DNA of 64,000 bases from an uncultured Prolixibacteraceae bacterium (GCA_964616825.1 CAZTSX010000002.1:79811-143810), one strand, 5' to 3'. Counted from the stretch's first letter, positions 1 through 9,894 are shown. The notes: generated from the letters alone by a model not told the origin. Made by a program: numbers and translations.

Positions 1-1
1 G

Positions 2-1696
2 TCTTATGCTCACAAGATCCTGACGGGGCGCAAAGACCTTTTTCATACAATACGCATGTATAAGGGACTAAGTGGTTTCCCCAAGATGTCTGAGAGCGAA
101 TATGATGCTTTCGGCGTTGGACACTCTTCTACCTCTATCTCTGCCGCCCTGGGTATGGGTATAGCTGCTGCACTCAACGGTGATACAAGCCAGCATCATG
201 TAGCTGTGATCGGCGATGGAGCGATGACAGGCGGCATGGCAATGGAAGCGCTCAACAATGCTGGTGTCTCCAACGCCAACTTACTGGTGATATTGAACGA
301 CAACCAGATCGCAATAGATAGAAATGTAGGTGCCATAAAGGATTACCTGGCAGATATTGTAACCAGCCGTACATATAACAAACTGAAGGATAAGATCTGG
401 TTTCTGATGGGTGGCGGAACGAAGTACGGGAAGAACTCCAGGGCGATCGTGAAACAGCTTGGGAATGCAGTAAAATCTTCGCTCCTCACCAAAAGCAACC
501 TCTTTGAGGCATTTAATTTTCGGTATTTTGGTCCTGTCGACGGAAATGATGTGATCCGTTTGGTAAAACTCCTGTCTGACATGAAGAACATTCTGGGACC
601 CAAGCTGCTTCATGTCAGTACTGTGAAAGGCAAAGGTTTTGAGCAGGCTGAGAAGGACCAGATCGGATACCATGCACCCGGAGTTTTTGATCGTAAAACA
701 GGTGAGATAAAAGAAGACAATTGCCATGGCCAGCCTCCGAAATACCAGACTGTATTCGGTCAAACAATCGTCGAACTGGCTGAAAAGAATCCCAAAATTG
801 TTGGAATTACTCCCGCTATGTCGACGGGTTGCTCTCTCAATATCATGATGAAGAAAATGCCTGACCGGACATTCGATGTGGGAATCGCTGAGCAGCACGC
901 GGTAACCTTCTCAGCCGGACTTGCAACGGAAGGGTATATTCCCTTCTGTAATATATACAGCACCTTTATGCAACGAGCGTACGATCAGATGATTCACGAT
1001 GTAGCGCTACAAAAATTGCATGTTGTTTTCTGTCTTGACCGCGGAGGACTGGCCGGTGAAGACGGAGCAACCCACCATGGCGCCTTTGATCTCTCTTTCC
1101 TCCGATGTATTCCTAACATGACAGTGGTAGCGCCAATGAACGAAGAAGAACTTCGCAATATGATGTATACGGCCCAGTTTGAAGGAATAGGTCCGTTTGC
1201 TATCCGGTATCCGAGAGGGAGAGGAGTGATGCCCGATTGGAAAACGAAATTCCGGAAGCTGGAAATCGGAAAAGGAAGGGTGATCCGGGAAGGCCGTAAG
1301 GCCGCTATCCTTACCATTGGACATATAGGAAATTATGCGATTGCTGCCTGTCGGGAACTAGAAGAGGCCGGATATGATGTAGCTCATTATGATATGCGAT
1401 TCCTGAAACCACTGGATGAATCGTTGTTGAACGAGATCCTGAAGAAATTCGAAAAACTTGTTACTGTGGAAGACGGGACAATTGTAGGTGGCTTGGGTAG
1501 CGCTGTGCTGGAGTTCATCAGTGATAATAACGATTCCACTACGGTAACGCGCCTGGGAATTCCCGATCAGTTCATCGGTCAGGGTTCCCTGGAAGAGTTG
1601 CATAGAGAATGCGGTTATGACGTGCAAGGAATCATTGAAGCAGTAAAGGAACTGTTACTGGATGCTGTTGCTTCGTCGCTCTGCTCCTCGCAATGA
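2..1696 (+). CDS. dxs: 1-deoxy-D-xylulose-5-phosphate synthase (5' end cut by window edge)
   Basis: The frame is open from nt 2 (SYAHKILTGRKDLFHTIR precedes the listed ATG at 56). ThDP-binding GDGAMTGGMAMEALNNAG, DVGIAEQHAVTF and a transketolase-like C-terminal half are present. Stop TGA at 1694-1696. Confidence 0.95.
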   Translation, partial: SYAHKILTGRKDLFHTIRMYKGLSGFPKMSESEYDAFGVGHSSTSISAALGMGIAAALNGDTSQHHVAVIGDGAMTGGMAMEALNNAGVSNANLLVILNDNQIAIDRNVGAIKDYLADIVTSRTYNKLKDKIWFLMGGGTKYGKNSRAIVKQLGNAVKSSLLTKSNLFEAFNFRYFGPVDGNDVIRLVKLLSDMKNILGPKLLHVSTVKGKGFEQAEKDQIGYHAPGVFDRKTGEIKEDNCHGQPPKYQTVFGQTIVELAEKNPKIVGITPAMSTGCSLNIMMKKMPDRTFDVGIAEQHAVTFSAGLATEGYIPFCNIYSTFMQRAYDQMIHDVALQKLHVVFCLDRGGLAGEDGATHHGAFDLSFLRCIPNMTVVAPMNEEELRNMMYTAQFEGIGPFAIRYPRGRGVMPDWKTKFRKLEIGKGRVIREGRKAAILTIGHIGNYAIAACRELEEAGYDVAHYDMRFLKPLDESLLNEILKKFEKLVTVEDGTIVGGLGSAVLEFISDNNDSTTVTRLGIPDQFIGQGSLEELHRECGYDVQGIIEAVKELLLDAVASSLCSSQ

Positions 1697-1730
1697 CAAT
1701 GATAACTAGATAACTGGATAGCTGGATAAT

Positions 1731-2513
1731 ATGAAAAGAAAAGCAATCGTTACTGGTGCATACGGAGCAATCGGCAAAGCCATTGCGAAAGGTATCGCTG
1801 AATACGGCCTGGAAGTGATCCTGGTCGGTAGAGATAAAGGAAAACTCACTCAGGCTGTAGCAGATATCCAGAAGCTCGCTCCGGATACAGCGCTGGATTA
1901 TGCTGTGGTAGATCTGTCAAGTCAGAAGGAAATCAGGAAATTCAGCAAGGACTGGCAGGGCCCTCTTCAGGTACTTGTCAATAATGCCGGTACGACTCCC
2001 CGTTCGCGGACGGAAACCGAAGAAGGGATCGAGATGCAGTGGGCCACCAATGTCCTGGGATATTACTGGATGATCAAGTACTTTTCACCCCTTATGAAAG
2101 AGCAGAATGATGCCCGCATCGTCAATGTTGCCAGCTATTGGGCCGGAGACCTGAATTTTGACGACCTGGAATTCAAAAACCGTTACTATGATAATGACAA
2201 GGCATACCGGCAGTCCAAACAGGCTGACCGGATGCTGACCGAAGCGTTTGCTCACCACCTCAAAAGCGATGGAATCTGTGTAAATGTTTGTCATCCTGGA
2301 GATGTTAACTCGAAATTAAGCAATGATCTTGGGTATGGTGGAAGCGAAACTCCTGAGCAGGGTGCCGACACACCGGTCTGGCTGGCAACCTCAGGTGAAG
2401 CCGAAGATCAAACAGGACATTACTACGAGCACCGCGAGAAGCGTCATTGTTCATTCATGAGCGACAAGAAGGGAGTGGAACGCCTGTTCAAACTTTGCCA
2501 GGAATACCCGTGA
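1731..2513 (+). CDS. SDR family NAD(P)-dependent oxidoreductase
   Basis: Glycine-rich dinucleotide loop TGAYGAIGKAIA, NNAG motif and catalytic YRQSK (YxxxK). 260 aa. Confidence 0.85.
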   Translation: MKRKAIVTGAYGAIGKAIAKGIAEYGLEVILVGRDKGKLTQAVADIQKLAPDTALDYAVVDLSSQKEIRKFSKDWQGPLQVLVNNAGTTPRSRTETEEGIEMQWATNVLGYYWMIKYFSPLMKEQNDARIVNVASYWAGDLNFDDLEFKNRYYDNDKAYRQSKQADRMLTEAFAHHLKSDGICVNVCHPGDVNSKLSNDLGYGGSETPEQGADTPVWLATSGEAEDQTGHYYEHREKRHCSFMSDKKGVERLFKLCQEYP

Positions 2514-2532
2514 TTGATACCCCTTCGTAAAA

Positions 2533-5500
2533 TTATTCTGTCACGATCAATTTCCTGGAAGATGCTCCTTGCCCGGATATGGCTCTGATAATATACATCC
2601 CTTCTGAGATCCCTGAGATATCAAGTGAAATTCTTAGAGCCTTGGTATTACCCGTAATCGGGTAGTGCCTGATCAACATTCCTTGTAAATTGAACAGATC
2701 AATTGTTGTCTTGCTCCCTAAGGTCTCAGCAAACTCTATCCACACGATACCTTTTGCCGGATTGGGATAGATTCGGATCTGCTCTGCTGAAGAGGGTGCT
2801 TCATCAACACCCATACAAACAGTCACGTGGATATACTCTTTTTTATGCATCGTCTGGGAATGAATCCCGTCAGAGATGGTCAGGATAACATCATACACTC
2901 CGGAGTGGTGATACTTGACAACCGGGTTTTGTTCATCCGACCAGGCCGGGGTTCCGCCTGGAAACTCCCATTGCCAGGAGGTGACGTTTTCAAAAGAGTC
3001 ATCCATGAAACGGACCATATGCCATTTACAGATATGAGTCGTGTCGGCGTGGAAGAAGGGATATGGCCCTTCAATATTCACCTCCATAAACTCCATGTAT
3101 TTTGTGAACAGGATGGCTTTCTGTGATGGTGGCTGGCCATCAACCAGCAGACCGAACTCTTTGAACGTACCTATAGTCTTGTAATCATCTCCATCGTATC
3201 CGAACTCGATACACTTGGGTGGGGCATCCAGGTTGTTCATCAAGGGAAAACCATCTCCTTTCGGGGTAACTTCAAAGATCGCGTAGGCAGATGAACTGAG
3301 ATAGGGATATTCCATGCCATCAGTCAGTGTACCTGAGACCCCATCCAGTTCGTTGAAATTATATACACTTACGCGGTCTGTGGAAAAATGAAATACCTCC
3401 TCAAGCATAGCAGAATTTCCATAATACCAGGACGCATAGCTTTCCATATAGACTGTTCCACCATTGTTCAGGTAGCTGATGAGTTGCAATGTCTCCTCGG
3501 TTGATAGGGCGTATGATCCGGAATAGGATGTACCAAGGACCAGGAATGCACAGGGATACATATTCAGATTAGGTGGCATGGAGGTATGCAGGTCGTAACT
3601 TACCTGCAGGCTGTCGAGGTAATTGACCATCAGATTGATGGAGGTGGTGATATCTGTCAGCTTGATCAGAGCGATGGGATTGATCCCGATCGGGATTGAG
3701 AATGGGTATATGATATCGATCGACGATCCGTTGCTGATATGAAGTTGCAGGTTCATGGTGTGTCCGGCCGTTACAGAACGGGATGCCCGCAAACGGTAGT
3801 AAGCATCCCACGTTACTTTCTGTCCCAATGAAGCCAGGTAGAGAGTTGGAGAGGAGAGGATTTCCACCAGGCTGTCCTGTGTGTAGAGTGTCAGCGAAAG
3901 CTCTTCTGCTGGAAGCGTTCCCAGGTTGGAAACAGAAATCATCAGGTCAGCCGTCTCTCCAATATCCAGCAATCCATTCGTACCATCTTCAATCACAGGA
4001 GTCATGATCTTGATGTCAGGGGCTGAAGCCTCCAGAAAGAATCTGGTCTCCCAGTCACGGTCTTGTGTGGAAGCAATGATACGAAAGGCAATAGGGGTTT
4101 GGTCGGTAAGGTTTTCCTCAAGGATAAACGCAAAGGCATCGATTAATTGGATCGTCTCTCCCGCTGCCAGTGCCGGAACTATTTCCAGGCTGTCTGATAT
4201 CTGAATGGATGCTTCAGCACAGTGAAATGTAAGTTCCAGGTTTGATAAAGGTTCGGAGCCAGTATTGGTCAGAGTCAGGTCTAAAGTGACAGGTTCCTGA
4301 TATTGGAAAAATCCGGAGGTGCTGACGAATTGATGCCGGATCAGAAGTCCGTTGGAGAGCTGGAAATGCTTTTCCCTGCTAATGCTTTGCATATCGGTCA
4401 CTCTGACAATCAGATCGTAAATTTTTGAGCTGTCGGCGCCGTTTATTGTCAATAATCCTTCCGGGGTCATTGAGATTGAATCAGGCAGTATGGGAGGCAC
4501 ATACAAATAGGACTTTCCCGACTCCTGGTTCATGTTGAGGATCGGACGGATATGGGTATTGTATTTTTCTCCTTTGGCAACGCCTGTCCAGGCGATCAGG
4601 GCATTGGGGCCCGTTTCAACTGACCCGAAACAGGTAGATGCTTTCCCGTCAGGGTACAGGATCACACTGAATTCAATATTGCTCTGCTGTTCAATGCCCA
4701 AGAGGGAAAGCTTCCATCTGAACATCACAGAATCGGGACTCACATTCATCCACATCCCATCCCCGTCCTGTTGTCGAATCGTATAATCTTGGGAAAGAGA
4801 TGGAATGATTGCGGCTGAATATGCCAACATATCAGTTACACTGCAGAGGTAAGGATAGATGAGATGATCAGGAGTAAGCTGAACCATCCCGTAAGCATTG
4901 ACATAGACTGTATCATAATGAGATCCATAAAAGGGAAATGAAAATGGAAGAACAGCCATGGCAAATGGTTTATCATCCGACTGCGGAAAAAGCTGCACGT
5001 CTGTAAAAGGCTCGTATTGAGCATCATCGGCCATCCGGTAGTAGGGTTGACTGATAGACCATGAGTAGGGAGCTTCTCCGTGCTGAGCCTGGAACTGGAC
5101 CGAATAGTCCTCTGAAGGACTAATGGGAGGCAGTTCGTCATTCAGTATCTTCGGTGGTTCAAAAGTAACTGTTCCGGTTGCCGATACAATGGTGGTGCCG
5201 TTGTGCTGGAGTAGGATATCTGTTCCTTCACAGGAGAAGGAATTCATTGTGGTCCCATAATGGAGGAAAGAAGCTTCATGTAACCTTCCCTGCCCGATAT
5301 TATTCTCGTCCCGCTCCTCAATGATCAGAAAAAATTTCACCGGGACGTCCGGTTCCACGAAGCTGAGTAATGGCGTGACATCCAGACCGAATTCGAGGTT
5401 TTTCTGGCTGGGGATGCTATCAAATCCCTGCATGTAGTAGGCACCTCCCTGGTTAGAAAAGATAGGCGGATCAAGCACATAATCAGGAAATTCGGCATCC

Positions 5501-6618
5501 GGATCCTGACTAATACCAGTCATAATATTTAGCTGGTCTCGCTTGACGTGTTCAAGTGAGACCTTCACGGTGAGCACTGGCGAGTAATCAGGGTCGGGCT
5601 CCACAATATAAACACAGTTGTTCCATACACCACCCTCTTCAAATTCTGATGCCATAGCACTATATAACACGTAGAAGAAGCCCTGATCAGCCCACCATTT
5701 CCCATATGAATTAGCCAATCTGAATCCGCCGATCTCCCAGTCACGGGCATCCACGATGCTGTCCTGGTTGATATCGATGTCGTTGGTAAACTGGCCGTCA
5801 TTATTCAGGTCGTAACGGATCGAATCGTGATAACCTACGATGGTCATGCCATGAGTAGGATAAGGTTGCCAGTGGATCATCACATATTTCCCGGCTTCTG
5901 GCGTGCCTTCCGGCAATTCGCTGGATCCACCACTCATCGAAGGACTCGATGCGGTAAAACAGGCAACGCCTCCTGTTGAAGATCCATCCAGATGATCGAA
6001 CAGATATTGTTTGACGGTTTGAATGCCTTCGGCAGAGTTGACAGGGATGGCATAGACATTACTGATCCTGTTCTGCATCGCTCTGTAATACTTCTCGTAC
6101 CCATCAATCCATCCTGTCGAAAGCTGTGCCGAATCGGGCCCGAAATCGGCAATAGTCATGTGCCCCTGCTCCATCATGGCATGAAAACTATGAAGGAAAT
6201 TCACGCCAATTCGCTTCTCTCCATCGTTGAAGAAGTGCCAGGTATAATGAGCCGGATATCTGTTCTCGGGTAGGTGGCCGTCGACATCCCTTAACCGGTT
6301 CACCTCATAAGCAAAGGTGTAGGCCGCTCCACAAAATTGCTGGCAGGCAAAATAGGATAGCTGATCGAGAATGCCGGGAAACCACATATAAGGTGAGTTG
6401 TCAAGCGAATCGGGCATCGTTTTCGAGGGAGCATTTGCAGTAAAGGGGAAAATAGGAATGCGAGATGCAATCAGGGAGTCGTAAACACGTTGTGCCGGAT
6501 CTGGCGTATAGAACGGGATATTATCCCAAAAACGTTGTGCTGAAGAAGGGAACGTTAACAAACAAATCACGCATAAGGTTAGCAAATAGAGAATGTGGTA
6601 TTTGCGGAAGGATATCAT
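2533..6618 (-). CDS. secreted papain-like (C1-type) cysteine peptidase, multidomain T9SS cargo
   Basis: Signal peptide MISFRKYHILYLLTLCVICLLTFPSSA. Papain-type catalytic contexts QLSYFACQQF (Gln-x5-Cys), HGMTIVGYHD (His) and LANSYGKWWADQGFFYV (Asn). CARDB-like Ig domains (LTLTNTGSEPLSNLELTF, MISVSNLGTLPAEELSLTL). PKD domain (WQWEFPGGTP...VYDVILTISDG). T9SS C-terminal sorting domain (IRIYPNPAKGIVWIEF...MYIIRAIS). Confidence 0.85.
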   Translation of the reverse strand: MISFRKYHILYLLTLCVICLLTFPSSAQRFWDNIPFYTPDPAQRVYDSLIASRIPIFPFTANAPSKTMPDSLDNSPYMWFPGILDQLSYFACQQFCGAAYTFAYEVNRLRDVDGHLPENRYPAHYTWHFFNDGEKRIGVNFLHSFHAMMEQGHMTIADFGPDSAQLSTGWIDGYEKYYRAMQNRISNVYAIPVNSAEGIQTVKQYLFDHLDGSSTGGVACFTASSPSMSGGSSELPEGTPEAGKYVMIHWQPYPTHGMTIVGYHDSIRYDLNNDGQFTNDIDINQDSIVDARDWEIGGFRLANSYGKWWADQGFFYVLYSAMASEFEEGGVWNNCVYIVEPDPDYSPVLTVKVSLEHVKRDQLNIMTGISQDPDAEFPDYVLDPPIFSNQGGAYYMQGFDSIPSQKNLEFGLDVTPLLSFVEPDVPVKFFLIIEERDENNIGQGRLHEASFLHYGTTMNSFSCEGTDILLQHNGTTIVSATGTVTFEPPKILNDELPPISPSEDYSVQFQAQHGEAPYSWSISQPYYRMADDAQYEPFTDVQLFPQSDDKPFAMAVLPFSFPFYGSHYDTVYVNAYGMVQLTPDHLIYPYLCSVTDMLAYSAAIIPSLSQDYTIRQQDGDGMWMNVSPDSVMFRWKLSLLGIEQQSNIEFSVILYPDGKASTCFGSVETGPNALIAWTGVAKGEKYNTHIRPILNMNQESGKSYLYVPPILPDSISMTPEGLLTINGADSSKIYDLIVRVTDMQSISREKHFQLSNGLLIRHQFVSTSGFFQYQEPVTLDLTLTNTGSEPLSNLELTFHCAEASIQISDSLEIVPALAAGETIQLIDAFAFILEENLTDQTPIAFRIIASTQDRDWETRFFLEASAPDIKIMTPVIEDGTNGLLDIGETADLMISVSNLGTLPAEELSLTLYTQDSLVEILSSPTLYLASLGQKVTWDAYYRLRASRSVTAGHTMNLQLHISNGSSIDIIYPFSIPIGINPIALIKLTDITTSINLMVNYLDSLQVSYDLHTSMPPNLNMYPCAFLVLGTSYSGSYALSTEETLQLISYLNNGGTVYMESYASWYYGNSAMLEEVFHFSTDRVSVYNFNELDGVSGTLTDGMEYPYLSSSAYAIFEVTPKGDGFPLMNNLDAPPKCIEFGYDGDDYKTIGTFKEFGLLVDGQPPSQKAILFTKYMEFMEVNIEGPYPFFHADTTHICKWHMVRFMDDSFENVTSWQWEFPGGTPAWSDEQNPVVKYHHSGVYDVILTISDGIHSQTMHKKEYIHVTVCMGVDEAPSSAEQIRIYPNPAKGIVWIEFAETLGSKTTIDLFNLQGMLIRHYPITGNTKALRISLDISGISEGMYIIRAISGQGASSRKLIVTE

Positions 6619-6736
6619 TGTTTTTTAGCTAATCAGGCCCGATGGTTCTTTCTAAAGACAGTCTGTCCTGGTGAAAAGTTGCTTGAAATTGTTGATAAAA
6701 CTCTCTAATACTTGAAAATACGAAATTACGTTTTTT

Positions 6737-6744
6737 TATTTTTG
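6737..6744 (+). promoter_or_regulatory. candidate Bacteroidota -7 promoter element (TAnnTTTG)
   Basis: TATTTTTG, with ATG 6773 lying 29 nt after the final G. CTTG at 6711-6714 is in the position of the -33 TTTG element. Confidence 0.35.
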
Positions 6745-6772
6745 CCAGAATTGTATACATCTAGTTCTATTC

Positions 6773-7627
6773 ATGTTTCGTCGATTAATTTTTGTCACCG
6801 CAGTACTGGCTCTCTTCTTAGCCAACTATTCCTGCCATGAAACAAAAATACAGGATGCTGCAGTAAACTGGTGGGACTCCATTAAACAGGCGGAAAAGGA
6901 CTCTATTGCACTTACCCCTCTACTGGCAGAATTGGAGAAGTTTATCTCTGCCCGGTGTGTCGACTCCAGTACAACCAGCTTTCTGATCATCGACGACACA
7001 GAAGATCAGCCGGTCATCCTGGCTGAATTTCATCCTAGCCAGCTCCTCATCCCGGCATCCGTGCAGAAGATTCTGGTAACCGGAGCTGCTCTGGAGATTC
7101 TGGGAGATCAAGTGCGCCGCGAAGTGATGATTACCAACCAGCAAAGCAATAACAGGATAGCGAATAAACTTTTCCAGAATATCGGGAAAGAGATTTACGG
7201 CCGAAGATCCTACGCCACAGGGTGCGATGCGGTGATCAATTTCTGGAAGTCGAAAGGAATTGACATGGCCGGTGTCCATATGGCTGACGGATGCGGACGA
7301 AGGTATGATAATTTTGTCTCGGCACGACAGCTGGTAGACATCCTCTTTTATGAGACAACAGCTCCTACATTTGGTGCGTTCTATAGCTCACTCCCCCTTT
7401 CCGGCGTTTCCGGAACACTTCGAAAATCTTTGCGGGGAACCGTTGCAGAGGGGAAGATTCGGGCGAAAACAGGCACGTTAGCGGCAATCAAAACATTGGC
7501 AGGTTATGCCTCCACTGTCAATGGCCGTAAGCTTGTTTTCGCCTTCCTTATCAATAACTTCGTTTGCCGTGAGTATCTCCTGAAGAGAAAATTGGATGCC
7601 ATCCTCATTAAAATGACCGAGTTGTAA
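6773..7627 (+). CDS. PBP4/DacB-like D-alanyl-D-alanine carboxypeptidase/endopeptidase (peptidase S13), short form
   Basis: Lipoprotein-like signal (LFLANYSC). SxxK = ASVQK (aa 96-99), SxN = SNN (aa 125-127), KTG = AKTGTL (aa 232-234). The C-terminal half (ADGCGRRYDN...LPLSGVSGTLRKSL...KTGTLAAIKTLAGY) is typical of DacB. Only 284 aa. Confidence 0.7.
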   Translation: MFRRLIFVTAVLALFLANYSCHETKIQDAAVNWWDSIKQAEKDSIALTPLLAELEKFISARCVDSSTTSFLIIDDTEDQPVILAEFHPSQLLIPASVQKILVTGAALEILGDQVRREVMITNQQSNNRIANKLFQNIGKEIYGRRSYATGCDAVINFWKSKGIDMAGVHMADGCGRRYDNFVSARQLVDILFYETTAPTFGAFYSSLPLSGVSGTLRKSLRGTVAEGKIRAKTGTLAAIKTLAGYASTVNGRKLVFAFLINNFVCREYLLKRKLDAILIKMTEL

Positions 7628-7629
7628 GG

Positions 7630-9453
7630 TTAAACAAACACCTGCATGTCATACAGTTTCCGGTAAACACCGTTTTTCTCAAGTAACTCTTGATGAGCTC
7701 CCCGTTCCACAAGAATGCCATCTTGCAATACGATGATCTCATCCGCATGCTGGATGGTGGAGAGGCGGTGGGCGATCACGATAGAGGTTCGGTTTTTCAT
7801 CAGGTTCTCGAGAGCCTGCTGTACCAGTCGTTCCGATTCCGTATCAAGGGCTGATGTGGCTTCATCAAGAATCAGGATTGGGGGATTTTTAAGCACTGCC
7901 CTGGCGATACTCAAGCGCTGGCGCTGCCCTCCTGAAAGCTTGGTGCCACGATCACCTATATTGGTATAGTATCCATCAGGCATCCGTTCAATGAACTCGT
8001 GCGCATTGGCTACTTTGGCCGCAGAGATAACCTCTTCCTCACTCACGTCCTCCATGCCAAAAGCGATATTGTTGAAAACGGTATCGTTGAACAGGATCGT
8101 TTCCTGGGAGACAATGCCCATCAAACCCCGCAGGTTATCGATCACCATGTCGCGGATAGGGATATCATCGATACAAAGTTCTCCATCCTGAATGTCATAG
8201 AACCGGGGAAGCAGATCCACCAGGGTGGATTTCCCGGCACCTGATGGCCCGACAACAGCGATAGTCTTCCCTTTTTCGATGACCAGGTTGATGTATTGCA
8301 GCACAGGTTCTGCCTGGTATTTGAAGCAAACATCCTTATATTCGATACGGTTTGTGAATTCTTTCTTGGCAATGGCATCGGCTTTCTGTTCGATCACCTC
8401 AGGCTCGTCCAAAACATGTTTGATCCTGTCCATCGAAGCAGCTCCTTTCTGAACATTGTAGTAAGCTTGTGTGATAGATTTGGCAGGTGGGATCACCTGG
8501 GAAAAGATGGTGAGATAGACCAGAAAGAAAGCAGCATCGAGACTGTCTTCCGGAGCAAGTACCAACCGGCCACCATACCATAACAAAATCGTGAGCACGA
8601 TAGCACTGAGAAATTCACTCAACGGCGAGGCAAGGTCACGTTTCCGGTAGAGCCTAACCATGATCCTGAAGAATGACTGGTTCGTTTCCTGAAACCGCTT
8701 GTCAGCGAAGGTGATAGCACTGAAAGCTTTAATAATTCTCAAACCTGAAATAGTCTCTTCGATCACAGCCAGGATCTCGCCCATTTTTTTCTGGCCTTTG
8801 CCTGAGGTTCGCTTGAGGCTCTTGCCAATCCTGCCAATAAAAAATCCGCTGACAGGTAATAAGATCAACACAAAAATCGTCAGTTGGGGACTGATGACAA
8901 ACAGCGTCACGACAAAAGCGATGATCTGGATCGGGTCACGAAAGATCATCTCGAGTGAACTCATCGTGGAGTATTCAACCTCCTGTACATCTGCAGTCAT
9001 CCTGGCGATGAGATCCCCTTTCCGCCGTTGGGTATAAAAGCCCAGTGGGAGGATCAGGATCTTGGTGTATAGTTCATTTCGTAGATCTTTCACCACTCCA
9101 TTGCGTACAACAGCCAGAAAGAACATGGCGAGGTACCTGAAAAGATTTCGTAAGAAAAATAGAAGGATGATCGCAATCCCGATATAGAGTAGAACTTCAT
9201 CTTCCCCATAGTTCCGGATGAGCTGGCCGAAAAAATGGTAGAAATTCTCTTTCATAGAATCCATGTTGGTCCAGACAAGCGGTCCTGCTTTTTCAGGGAT
9301 TTCCGCAGTTTTAAATAACATTTGAAGGATCGGGATAAAGAGGGCAAATGAGACCAGTGAGAATAAAATAGAGAGGATGTTAAAGAGGGCATTCAGTGAG
9401 GCAAAAATCCAATAATTTCGTATGTAGAAGAAGATCTTGGCTAGGCTTTTCAT
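7630..9453 (-). CDS. ABC transporter permease/ATPase fusion, MsbA-like lipid exporter family
   Basis: Six-TM N-terminal half, Walker A GPSGAGKST, signature LSGGQRQRLSIARA, Walker B ILILDEATSALD. Start trimmed to ATG 9453 (MKSLAKIFFYIRNYW) because the longer ORF to 9552 runs over the rbfA start and promoter motifs. Confidence 0.9.
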   Translation of the reverse strand: MKSLAKIFFYIRNYWIFASLNALFNILSILFSLVSFALFIPILQMLFKTAEIPEKAGPLVWTNMDSMKENFYHFFGQLIRNYGEDEVLLYIGIAIILLFFLRNLFRYLAMFFLAVVRNGVVKDLRNELYTKILILPLGFYTQRRKGDLIARMTADVQEVEYSTMSSLEMIFRDPIQIIAFVVTLFVISPQLTIFVLILLPVSGFFIGRIGKSLKRTSGKGQKKMGEILAVIEETISGLRIIKAFSAITFADKRFQETNQSFFRIMVRLYRKRDLASPLSEFLSAIVLTILLWYGGRLVLAPEDSLDAAFFLVYLTIFSQVIPPAKSITQAYYNVQKGAASMDRIKHVLDEPEVIEQKADAIAKKEFTNRIEYKDVCFKYQAEPVLQYINLVIEKGKTIAVVGPSGAGKSTLVDLLPRFYDIQDGELCIDDIPIRDMVIDNLRGLMGIVSQETILFNDTVFNNIAFGMEDVSEEEVISAAKVANAHEFIERMPDGYYTNIGDRGTKLSGGQRQRLSIARAVLKNPPILILDEATSALDTESERLVQQALENLMKNRTSIVIAHRLSTIQHADEIIVLQDGILVERGAHQELLEKNGVYRKLYDMQVFV

Positions 9454-9458
9454 TATGG

Positions 9459-9466
9459 CAAAGTTA
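9459..9466 (-). promoter_or_regulatory. candidate -7 promoter element (TAACTTTG on minus strand)
   Basis: CAAAGTTA on the plus strand. The final G is 6 nt before the ATG of the ABC exporter (9453), which implies a near-leaderless transcript. Confidence 0.35.
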
Positions 9467-9498
9467 GAATAATTGCTGAATTTATCAGCAACAAACCG

Positions 9499-9506
9499 TA
9501 ACTTTG
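9499..9506 (+). promoter_or_regulatory. candidate -7 promoter element (TAACTTTG)
   Basis: Perfect TAnnTTTG, with ATG of rbfA (9511) 5 nt after the final G. It is the mirror image of the 9459-9466 motif. Confidence 0.35.
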
Positions 9507-9510
9507 CAGT

Positions 9511-9852
9511 ATGGAAAGCACACGTCAGCAGAAAATTGCAAGACTCATACAAAAAGACCTAGGAACCATTTTTCAACAGTTGAGCCGGGAAATGTTCTCG
9601 GGAGCCATGATTACCGTAACCAAAGTCTATGTGACCAAAGATCTTTCGGTAGCAAAAGCCTATATGAGCCTTTTCGCAACGAATGATAAAGCAGACCTTA
9701 TGGAATCGATAAAGGGACATAACCGGGAGATCCGGTATCGGCTGGGTCAGCGTATTAAAAACCAGTTACGGGCTGTTCCGGAATTGCATTTTTTCGAGGA
9801 CAACTCCCTCGATTATATTGATAATATTGATCAGCTTTTACACGATAAATGA
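9511..9852 (+). CDS. rbfA: ribosome-binding factor A
   Basis: 113 aa. MESTRQQKIARLIQKDLGTIFQQ...ITVTKVYVTKDLSVAKAY matches the RbfA KH-like fold pattern. Confidence 0.85.
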   Translation: MESTRQQKIARLIQKDLGTIFQQLSREMFSGAMITVTKVYVTKDLSVAKAYMSLFATNDKADLMESIKGHNREIRYRLGQRIKNQLRAVPELHFFEDNSLDYIDNIDQLLHDK

Positions 9853-9866
9853 TCATCACACAGTAC

Positions 9867-9886
9867 GGACGCGGCATGCCGCGTCC
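9867..9886. repeat. perfect 20-nt GC-rich palindrome GGACGCGGCATGCCGCGTCC
   Basis: 8-bp stem GGACGCGG/CCGCGTCC around CATG, between the rbfA stop and the methyltransferase ATG. No T-run follows. A related hairpin lies at 20026-20046. Confidence 0.7.
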
Positions 9887-9894
9887 CCACAGCC

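Noticed and set aside
281-898. Long antisense ORFs overlapping confident genes: 281..898, 32927..33439, 36471..37199, 40542..41150, 41520..41981, 48794..49333, 60933..61529, 31722..32162, 28427..28882.
   Set aside because: Each lies entirely inside a gene with strong family motifs on the other strand. Their translations are low-complexity with no recognisable motifs, so they are shadow ORFs.
7630-9552. Longest-ORF starts for several genes: 9552, 12166, 24353, 25595, 43626, 45583, 48194, 54330.
   Set aside because: The N-terminal extensions use GTG or TTG codons, run across TAnnTTTG promoter motifs or neighbouring genes, and add non-homologous residues ahead of canonical family N-termini. Downstream ATGs were chosen instead.
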